Of a stretch of 64,000 bases of DNA, positions 57,557 to 64,000 are shown piece by piece. The notes below the pieces were generated by a model. That model searched no databases and was not told the origin of the DNA. It saw only the letters and a program-made list of their open reading frames with translations. The translations under genes were made by a program, and so were the position numbers. The stretch spans positions 4,347-68,346 of the forward strand of contig JBMNOG010000001.1 in NCBI GenBank assembly GCA_050942955.1, in the 5' to 3' direction. This stretch comes from Patescibacteria group bacterium (lineage in GTDB: Bacteria; Patescibacteriota; Microgenomatia; UBA1400; UBA1449). Numbering within the stretch: position 1 is the first letter of the stretch; every line of letters starts with the position of its first letter.

Positions 57557-57805
57557 ATGCTAAAAATTAAACTTACACGATTAGGAAAAAGAGGTCAGCC
57601 TTTTTACAGAATTATTGTAGCTGAGGCAAGATCTAAACGTGACGGAAAATATATTGACCTGCTGGGAACCTACAATCCGATGGTGGAACCTAAGAAAATT
57701 GAGATAGATACTGAGAAGTACGATGCCTGGGTCAAAAAAGGCGCCCAACCAACCCTCACAGTTAAAAGCCTCTACAGAAAAATTAGTCAGAAAACGGGTA
57801 AATAG
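57557..57805 (+). CDS. rpsP: Ribosomal protein S16
   Basis: MLKIKLTRLGKRGQPFYRIIVAEARSKRDG. Confidence 0.9.
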   Translation: MLKIKLTRLGKRGQPFYRIIVAEARSKRDGKYIDLLGTYNPMVEPKKIEIDTEKYDAWVKKGAQPTLTVKSLYRKISQKTGK

Positions 57806-57819
57806 CATCTAAATCACAT

Positions 57820-58071
57820 ATGGAAGTACTACTTCGCTACATTCTCGAAGGAATAGTTGACCATCCCGAAGACATTGAGATCACTTCCTCTGAAAACGAG
57901 TATGGTCATATTTCCCTTGAAGTCAGAGTAAACCCTGAAGACATGGGAAAAGTAATCGGCAAAAACGGGAAAATCATCTCAGCAATCAGGAAAATCCTTA
58001 AGGTTAAGGCTATGAAGACAGGTAAACGCTTTAATCTTGAACTTGTTGATCAGCAAGTTCGGCAAGACTAA
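57820..58071 (+). CDS. KH-domain RNA-binding protein (YlqC-like)
   Basis: GKVIGKNGKIISAIRKIL GXXG loop. Confidence 0.7.
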   Translation: MEVLLRYILEGIVDHPEDIEITSSENEYGHISLEVRVNPEDMGKVIGKNGKIISAIRKILKVKAMKTGKRFNLELVDQQVRQD

Positions 58072-58888
58072 CAAAGGGGTTGGAAACTCCAAACACTACC
58101 CCATACACCCCCTCATCATTAAAAAATCCCTCATTGTTAAACGGTCTTTCAGCTAGAAGGTAGGTGTTCAGTTCGTTAAGGAAATCGACCTCTTCTCCAG
58201 AAAGTGATTGAAATGGAGCATCAGGAGAAGGAAGATATTTAGGCATAGTCTGATAGTAGACCACTATTTTCAAACTAGCATTCATAATGGAAATATCACC
58301 GCTAGCGCTTGGGTTAACTGAAAACGACAGATATTCAAGTTTCATGATAGGGGATATCTCTTTCATCTTAGCAATAAAACTTAAAAGTTTATCTCTTGAC
58401 CCTGTTAATGAAAAGGATATCTCAAAATTCTCCAAACGGCTCTGGTTGGCTCTGGGTTCAATAGTGGTTGTGTCAGCCGGCAACTCTGTATAATCATTTA
58501 CCTTTCCGGGTTTTAAGCTGAGACCGGAAAACTGTACTCCCTCCATACGAGCTAATTGGGAAAGATTAGTAAGAGTTTGCAGTGATGGTTTAGTTGAAGG
58601 CAGATATCTCTCAACATTCTTAAATTGAGTCTCAGTAATCTCGGCGTTGGGACCGCTTTGTAAACTATTAAGAACTGATCTCTGTCGGGAAAGTGATTCT
58701 AAAAGGACTTTCTTTTCCTCGATTTGTTTTCTAGTTTCAATAATAGAAATGAGAGCAGGTCTGAAAAAGAGAACTAAAGTCAGAGCAATAATAACCAAAA
58801 CAAATATCGGCATCATTTTCTCTCTTGGCGTTAGTTTCTTACCTTTCAAGGCTAGGGTATCAAGAATCTCTTTTTTTCTTGCAGGCAT
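58031..58888 (-). CDS. Type IV pilus assembly protein PilO-like
   Basis: N-terminal TM, coiled-coil, C-terminal periplasmic domain; sits in the pilM-pilN-pilO order. Confidence 0.5.
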   Translation of the reverse strand: MPARKKEILDTLALKGKKLTPREKMMPIFVLVIIALTLVLFFRPALISIIETRKQIEEKKVLLESLSRQRSVLNSLQSGPNAEITETQFKNVERYLPSTKPSLQTLTNLSQLARMEGVQFSGLSLKPGKVNDYTELPADTTTIEPRANQSRLENFEISFSLTGSRDKLLSFIAKMKEISPIMKLEYLSFSVNPSASGDISIMNASLKIVVYYQTMPKYLPSPDAPFQSLSGEEVDFLNELNTYLLAERPFNNEGFFNDEGVYGVVFGVSNPFVSLAELADQQVQD

Positions 58889-58903
58889 AGTTACTTATTT
58901 TTA

Positions 58904-59476
58904 TTAACTTTCTGAAGACTCAAGATCAAGTTGCAGTGTTACTGCAAAGGAATATGTTCCTTCCTCATCAATAGATACACTACCAACTTCTGCGTTTTTA
59001 ATAAGAACCGGTCCTTTATCTTTAACGGTCTCGGTGTTTGTAATAAACTTAGCAACCGCTTTGCTGTCATAGGTAGTAGCGCTAAATTTAACAACCCCTT
59101 CTTCATCAACTCCAAAACTGTTAACAGAAAGGTTTTCAGGAAGCAAGCTTAACACTTTTTCAAAAATTTCCTGGTGCCGATAGAGCGCAGTACTAATACC
59201 CATAACAGTTCCCGTTTTTTCCTTAAGAACAAGGTACTTAGCTCGCACCTCATTCATTTGCCGTATAGCTGTACGTTCATGCTCAATATTTTTATCCAAA
59301 TCTTTTAAACGAAATGCCATGTAGCCACTGTAGGCAATCACACCAAGTAAGACTGCAGCGTAGGTAGCAAGAGTAAAAAAGGAAAACATCTGAATTAGAT
59401 GAAGCCGTTTTGACTGCAGCATGAGAACTGCCCTTTGTTTTCTTAGAAAGTTGATTTTAGGTGTATTAGTTTTCAT
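58904..59476 (-). CDS. pilN: Type IV pilus assembly protein PilN
   Basis: INFL..short cytoplasmic N-terminus, TM, periplasmic domain; follows pilM. Confidence 0.6.
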   Translation of the reverse strand: MKTNTPKINFLRKQRAVLMLQSKRLHLIQMFSFFTLATYAAVLLGVIAYSGYMAFRLKDLDKNIEHERTAIRQMNEVRAKYLVLKEKTGTVMGISTALYRHQEIFEKVLSLLPENLSVNSFGVDEEGVVKFSATTYDSKAVAKFITNTETVKDKGPVLIKNAEVGSVSIDEEGTYSFAVTLQLDLESSES

Positions 59477-59479
59477 AGA

Positions 59480-60496
59480 TTAATCCCTTATAGCTAATCC
59501 TATGACTGTAACAAACCGTGGGGCAGAGGAAACTAGCTGCTGAGGTAAATTACGGTTAAGACAGTTCTGGAGAGGGTTAGCCAGATTAACTTCAATGTTC
59601 AACTGGTCAACCAGGTAGTAGGTTAGGTTCGGCAGCAAAGCTGTCCCTCCAGCCAACACAATCTGGTCCACACGTCCCTCTGTGTCAATACTTTTGGCAA
59701 AACGGACATTTTTGACAATGTGGTTAACAATATGATCCAACGGCTCTTTCATAGCTTGAGAAATCTTGCCTTCCAACTGGTCTTCACTTAACCCGTATAC
59801 ATGCTTATACTGCCTAGCCTGCTGTTCTGACAGAGATAGATTTTGAGCTATGGAACGAGTCAGGGCTTCTCCGGCTGTAGGTAAGGAACTCAACTGCTTT
59901 AAACTTCCTCGTTGCAAAATAGCTATATCGGTTGAACTGTTACCCATATCTACTAAAAGCGAGTAATCCCCAAGCTGACCTTTAAGGGAGCGTATAGCAG
60001 CCAAGAGAGCTGTTTCTACAACCAGTGGAGTAAACTCGGCCATCTGTACGATCTTAACCAGTCTTTCAACCACTCCTTTTTTTGCAGCAACAAACAAGAC
60101 ATCCATTTTTGCATCTGTAACTCCGGGAGGCGGCATAAATAAGACTTGATGTTCAAGATATACCTCCTCAAGCGGCACCGGAATGTACTGCTCAGACTCG
60201 AACTTCACTGCACTTTCAAGCTCGTTGTCTTTTAGTACTGGCAACTGAATCACCCTCGTATATACCTGAGACTCAGGAATGCTGAGATACACTTCACGGC
60301 TGTGAATCTTGGAATCTGATACTAGTTGACGGAGAGCCTTGGCAATAATAGCGGCATCCTGGGGATTATTTGAGTGAAGCGGTGCTGGAGTTTTTATTTC
60401 TCCAAACGCCAGCAAATCAAAACCATCTTTTGAAGTTTTGGCTTCTGCAACTTTAATTGTTGAAGTGGAAATATCTAAACCAAAATGGGCAGGCAT
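59480..60496 (-). CDS. pilM: Type IV pilus assembly ATPase-like protein PilM (actin fold)
   Basis: GLDISTSTIKVAE..; VDMGNSSTDIAI..; LAGGTALLPNL. Confidence 0.75.
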   Translation of the reverse strand: MPAHFGLDISTSTIKVAEAKTSKDGFDLLAFGEIKTPAPLHSNNPQDAAIIAKALRQLVSDSKIHSREVYLSIPESQVYTRVIQLPVLKDNELESAVKFESEQYIPVPLEEVYLEHQVLFMPPPGVTDAKMDVLFVAAKKGVVERLVKIVQMAEFTPLVVETALLAAIRSLKGQLGDYSLLVDMGNSSTDIAILQRGSLKQLSSLPTAGEALTRSIAQNLSLSEQQARQYKHVYGLSEDQLEGKISQAMKEPLDHIVNHIVKNVRFAKSIDTEGRVDQIVLAGGTALLPNLTYYLVDQLNIEVNLANPLQNCLNRNLPQQLVSSAPRFVTVIGLAIRD

Positions 60497-60508
60497 AGTC
60501 TGTAAGTC

Positions 60509-61327
60509 TTATTTTTCTAAGTCTCCTCCGCTAAATAAGACGTAATCAAAAATATCAGGAAGGTCAGGTTCAGTTTTGACTACTTCAATAGCCCGGCTTT
60601 CACCTGATTCCGTAGTTGAGCTTGAAGTAATGGTAATCTGTTGGCGAGGAAGCTCATCACCTGTAACCTTTATTGTAGCATCCCTGAAAACAGGGCGAAT
60701 GCGCAGCTGTATATCGTTAGAAGCTGTAGGAACACTAGCCATACTTCTAAACCCTTCATCTCTTCCACTATTCGAATCTTCCCAACCTGCCCCATCTGAG
60801 GGGACGCTACACCCATTTGGCCTATATGCTGCATATGTTACTGTATTATCGCTCTTTAAAGTACCAACAATAATGCCTGCCGGAAGAGCATCGGGATTAT
60901 TTTCATCGATGGGACAGTCCCCGTCAATATCTTCATCTGACTCTGCTTTAGTCCAGTACACTACTATATTATAAGAAGCAGCATTAAGCTGAACTGTAGC
61001 CACACTGTTCCGGGAAACAAAAACCTCAAGCTCAGTTTCTTCGGCTGCAACTACATCAGCTTGAAAATCACCAATTCTAATAGCTGGTCTGTCTTCAACA
61101 TCTTCTCCATACGTACCGATAATCTCATTTATATTATTGTTATATAAAAGTTCTTCAATGCCAGCCTCAGCTATGCCAAACGCTTCCTCGCTCCCTTCTT
61201 CAGTCAGGGTTATTGACGTATCAGAAAGGGTGTTAAGAAAGATACTTAAGGCGATTGTCAGGCCCACAATCATAGTTAATAGTACGACTAACACTACCTG
61301 ACCTGAATTGGAACAAAAGGTATTCAT
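60509..61327 (-). CDS. PilX-like minor pilin / pilus-associated protein
   Basis: N-terminal hydrophobic segment SGQVVLVVLLTMIVGLTIALS resembling PilX_N, within the pilus locus. Confidence 0.45.
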   Translation of the reverse strand: MNTFCSNSGQVVLVVLLTMIVGLTIALSIFLNTLSDTSITLTEEGSEEAFGIAEAGIEELLYNNNINEIIGTYGEDVEDRPAIRIGDFQADVVAAEETELEVFVSRNSVATVQLNAASYNIVVYWTKAESDEDIDGDCPIDENNPDALPAGIIVGTLKSDNTVTYAAYRPNGCSVPSDGAGWEDSNSGRDEGFRSMASVPTASNDIQLRIRPVFRDATIKVTGDELPRQQITITSSSTTESGESRAIEVVKTEPDLPDIFDYVLFSGGDLEK

Positions 61328-61331
61328 ATTT

Positions 61332-61859
61332 TTATTTAATATTCCTCATAACAGCACATGTGGTAAAGGTATCTTCTGAACTTGAGTCATTAGGGTTTTT
61401 TAAAACCAGTTCTAAATCAAAACTGTAAGTCCCCCTATTATTTTTATAGCACGAAAGCGAGCAGTTTTGTATGCTTAAATTTGGACCAGTAGAGATTAGG
61501 TTTTGGTCATCAATCGAAAGAGTTCCTGGAATACAAACAATAGTTGTCTCCACTGTACTGTCTTCTGAATGGCTCTTTTCTTTTAAGGTGATTGTAGCTT
61601 GAGGGCTCCCATTACAAATAGTATCTGCACCAATTACCTCCAAAGCACCTGTCAGCTTCCGGTTGATAACAGAAACCGCACTTCCACCTTCCTGACGGAT
61701 TGACAGGATTGTTTCTGTTTTCTGGTTGTTTCTCAGAATCATCATGAGAAGGGTAGTTGAACCGCCAATAACCATAGCAAACATGCCGATTACCACTAAT
61801 ATTTCAATAAGAGTAAAACCTTTACTGATTGCCGGTTGCGGTGTTGTTTTTACTGCCAT
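61332..61859 (-). CDS. Type IV prepilin-like protein (minor pilin)
   Basis: Class III signal ..SKG/FTLIEILVVIGMFAMV. Confidence 0.7.
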   Translation of the reverse strand: MAVKTTPQPAISKGFTLIEILVVIGMFAMVIGGSTTLLMMILRNNQKTETILSIRQEGGSAVSVINRKLTGALEVIGADTICNGSPQATITLKEKSHSEDSTVETTIVCIPGTLSIDDQNLISTGPNLSIQNCSLSCYKNNRGTYSFDLELVLKNPNDSSSEDTFTTCAVMRNIK

Positions 61860-62287
61860 TTTGATAAGTAGGTTTGCTGGGTAACAGTATGGTCTCCTTT
61901 AACGTCTATCCAGGAAACTTCAACCACTACATGAACAATGGGTCTGGGATTACCAAGTGTATCCTGTAAAACTGTTTTTAATATCTTCCTTGTAAAATTT
62001 CCGTCAATATCGTTTTCTTCTTCTAGGGAATCAATTGCAAAATCGTTCCATGTCTTTGTATCCCTTTCTTTTCTGGCTTGTTCTATTCCTTCTTTTGCCA
62101 GAATAACTGCTTTTTTTCTCAAAAGTGATAACTGGGAAAGCTGGATGGACTTGGTAGCCAGAAGGGCTGCGGCAGTCAGAACTATAACCATAATCGTCAT
62201 CCCAACAAGAAGCTCAATCAGACTTTGGCCGGAACTTGAAGCAGTATGGGCAGTTTTGTTCATTTTAGTACGTAACCGTGATTTCAC
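61850..62287 (-). CDS. Type IV prepilin-like protein
   Basis: ..SSSG/QSLIELLVGMTIMVIV. Confidence 0.65.
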   Translation of the reverse strand: MKSRLRTKMNKTAHTASSSGQSLIELLVGMTIMVIVLTAAALLATKSIQLSQLSLLRKKAVILAKEGIEQARKERDTKTWNDFAIDSLEEENDIDGNFTRKILKTVLQDTLGNPRPIVHVVVEVSWIDVKGDHTVTQQTYLSKWQ

Positions 62288-62732
62288 CTGTTTGAGTGAC
62301 AGTTATAGTAGCATCTTTTGTAGTGCCTGGTATCTGTATCATAATAGATTCCTCAGCATCCGCTCCTCTAGTGACTGAAGAAAAAAGCACAGAACCTGAT
62401 GAAGTTAACTGTACCCCTTTATCTAAGGATACAGTCTTTGTTGCAGATTGCTGAATATTATTACAATGAGGGTGCAGCGAAAATGAGGTAGTACTGTAAG
62501 CAAACTCCACTCCATTAAAGGGGGTACAACCAGGGTTTGGTTTTTTTCCAAAAAAGGCGCTCTCCCTGGCCTCATACAGACCTGAGCGTACTTGTTTAAC
62601 TGTTTTTTTGAGCAACTGATCCTCTTGAATCTCGGAAAACGCCATCATACCTAGACCGGTTAAAGTACCAATAATTGTCATTACAACCAGGAGTTCGATG
62701 AGGGAGAAACCGGACTTTAGAGGCAGGCTCAT
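62265..62732 (-). CDS. Type IV prepilin-like protein
   Basis: ..KSG/FSLIELLVVMTIIG. Confidence 0.7.
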   Translation of the reverse strand: MSLPLKSGFSLIELLVVMTIIGTLTGLGMMAFSEIQEDQLLKKTVKQVRSGLYEARESAFFGKKPNPGCTPFNGVEFAYSTTSFSLHPHCNNIQQSATKTVSLDKGVQLTSSGSVLFSSVTRGADAEESIMIQIPGTTKDATITVTQTGEITVTY

Positions 62733-62745
62733 ATAATTACCTCAG

Positions 62746-63237
62746 TTAGGGGTTTTTTACACAGTATGCATTAAGCTCTCCGCAGGACGCACAACCTGTC
62801 CCTGATCCTGGATCTATCTCCAAACAGGCCGTTAGTGTGTATTGCAGAGGGTTTGTCCTGTTATAAATGTATGGACTCTCTTCGTCAGGATTACTTGGAT
62901 CACAGGGAATATTCGTCATATAGATATTAGGTCCGTTTGAAATTTCGGTTCCTTCGCCACAGTCAGCTAAATCTAATGTATCTGGGTATACCCCTTCATC
63001 TGCTCTATAAAGCTCTAAGGCGCCTCGTATAGCCTCCAGATCCGCTTTTCTTCGGGAATCACGGGCTTTTTTTGTAAAACTGCTGTAGTTAGTTAATCCC
63101 ACAGCAGTCAGAATTGTGATAATCGTCACTACAACCAAAAGCTCTATTAAGGTAAAACCTTTGGTTTTATTAGAGAGAGTAGGGAAGTGAAAAAAAATTT
63201 TCATAGGTTTATATATTTTTGATCTAGAAAGATCCAA
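62746..63237 (-). CDS. Type IV pilin (PilA/GspG-like)
   Basis: ..KTKG/FTLIELLVVVTIITILTAVGL.NY...RDSRRKADL. Confidence 0.75.
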   Translation of the reverse strand: MDLSRSKIYKPMKIFFHFPTLSNKTKGFTLIELLVVVTIITILTAVGLTNYSSFTKKARDSRRKADLEAIRGALELYRADEGVYPDTLDLADCGEGTEISNGPNIYMTNIPCDPSNPDEESPYIYNRTNPLQYTLTACLEIDPGSGTGCASCGELNAYCVKNP

Positions 63238-63250
63238 AACATAGAGTTAA

Positions 63251-63712
63251 TTACTGACTGCTTTTCATACAAAAGTAGGGACGGTCATCCAGATCTCCAC
63301 TGTCTACAAAAGTGCAGTTAAAGTCTTCAGAATTTCCAGGATCAGCTTCTAATCTATGTGTACAAAGGCAGTAAGATTTTTCAGTGGGGTCGTAAGCATA
63401 ATGATAGTTGTAGTTTGAATCATCATCTGAAGTATTACTTGTAGGAACAGTTCCTCCTGAAAAGTATGAAGGATCATTTCCTTCCAACTCCTCGGGAAAT
63501 TCTTCAGTATTAGGATATTTACCGTTTATTGAGTAGTACATTTCTAATGCTTTATGTATTTCTGAAACTTCTGATTTAGCCTGCCCGTCCCTGGCACGCT
63601 TAATTGATTTTGTATATGCTCCAGAACCTATAGTTGCCAAAATACCTACTATGGTAACAGAAATCAAAAGCTCAACCAGCGTAAACCCTCTGGAAAAAGA
63701 TTTGAACAGCAT
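63251..63712 (-). CDS. Type IV pilin (PilA/GspG-like)
   Basis: ..SRG/FTLVELLISVTIVGILATIG..Y...RARDGQAKSEV. Confidence 0.75.
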   Translation of the reverse strand: MLFKSFSRGFTLVELLISVTIVGILATIGSGAYTKSIKRARDGQAKSEVSEIHKALEMYYSINGKYPNTEEFPEELEGNDPSYFSGGTVPTSNTSDDDSNYNYHYAYDPTEKSYCLCTHRLEADPGNSEDFNCTFVDSGDLDDRPYFCMKSSQ

Positions 63713-63771
63713 ACTTTTTAGCCTCTATACCTCTTAGCTAAAAATCTTTAGCCAACAGGCAAGAGGTTTAG

Positions 63772-64000
63772 TTAGAATCCTAAACCCCGAACGTACAACC
63801 CCCATAAATACTCGCCTAAAACCTTGGCAATCAGCATCCCTCCTAACAGAAACGGTCCAAACGGCAGAGCTGACTTTAGGGTTTTTCTTTTAAGTACAAT
63901 CAGTATGACACCGGCAACCGCACCAGTCAAGAATGCCATAAACATGGCAACCAAAACCCACTGCCACCAGCCCAAAACCACACCTATAAAAAATGCCAAC
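63772..64000 (-). CDS. pilD: Prepilin peptidase (A24 family), C-terminal fragment truncated by the window edge
   Basis: ..LPFGPFLLGGMLIA.. C-terminal motif; ORF open to the window end. Confidence 0.55.
   Translation of the reverse strand, partial: LAFFIGVVLGWWQWVLVAMFMAFLTGAVAGVILIVLKRKTLKSALPFGPFLLGGMLIAKVLGEYLWGLYVRGLGF

Noticed and set aside
1-64000. CRISPR arrays, reverse transcriptases (DGR/retron), integrases and transposases
   Set aside because: I scanned intergenic regions and ORFs for regularly spaced direct repeats and for RT (YxDD), integrase (R..HxxR..Y) or DDE motifs and found none. The tRNA-adjacent remnants are the only mobile-element-like traces
1-64000. Alternative genetic code (UGA = Gly as in some CPR lineages)
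   Set aside because: Housekeeping ORFs are full-length under the standard code, and several terminate at TGA exactly where homologs end, so code 11 fits

Overview
This 64 kb window is a gene-dense, mostly housekeeping chromosomal segment from a small-genome, low-GC bacterium. The ORFs read full-length in the standard code with TAA/TAG/TGA stops. The gene content resembles a Patescibacteria/CPR-like organism or another reduced Gram-positive-like lineage: a trigger factor without the PPIase domain, DUF3467, RNHCP, beta-propeller PF09826, SPW-repeat and GerMN proteins, a TsaC-TsaE fusion, and many type IV pilins.

Solid calls are:
- murI and a MacAB-like HlyD/ABC/FtsX efflux trio
- a short trigger factor, truB, pyruvate kinase, a HIT protein, tsaD
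- an OmpR/histidine-kinase pair and an aldo-keto reductase
- a patatin phospholipase, 2-oxoacid:ferredoxin oxidoreductase alpha/beta, and a membrane thioredoxin
- the conserved thrS-infC-rpmI-rplT-pheS-pheT block, with a T-box leader on thrS and an ATT start on infC
- PBP1A, tyrS, recG, rpmF, nusB, an ACP-like gene, rnc, rpsP and a KH protein
- a type IV pilus locus (pilO/N/M, a PilX-like gene, five prepilins and a truncated pilD at the window edge)
- six intact tRNAs: Leu-TAG, Pro-TGG, Leu-TAA, Trp-CCA and Val-GAC, each sited as listed in the features

Things worth a second look:
- a tight four-gene operon (15824-20178) of an alpha/beta hydrolase, a membrane-anchored MurF-like ligase missing its nucleotide-sugar N-domain, a DegT aminotransferase and a FemAB peptidyltransferase, which suggests an undescribed peptide/amino-sugar envelope modification pathway
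- decayed tRNA copies beside all three internal tRNA loci
- a C9 homopolymer that splits a zinc-ribbon/excisionase-HTH gene just downstream of tRNA-Leu
- an HhH-GPD DNA glycosylase pseudogene
- an HD-hydrolase plus Dda-like helicase islet next to tRNA-Trp
- a 350-nt structured intergenic region with an SRP-RNA-like GGUCCG motif and its own terminator
- a Cys-rich acidic surface protein ending in an LPKAG sortase-like signal

No CRISPR array, reverse transcriptase or integrase was seen.
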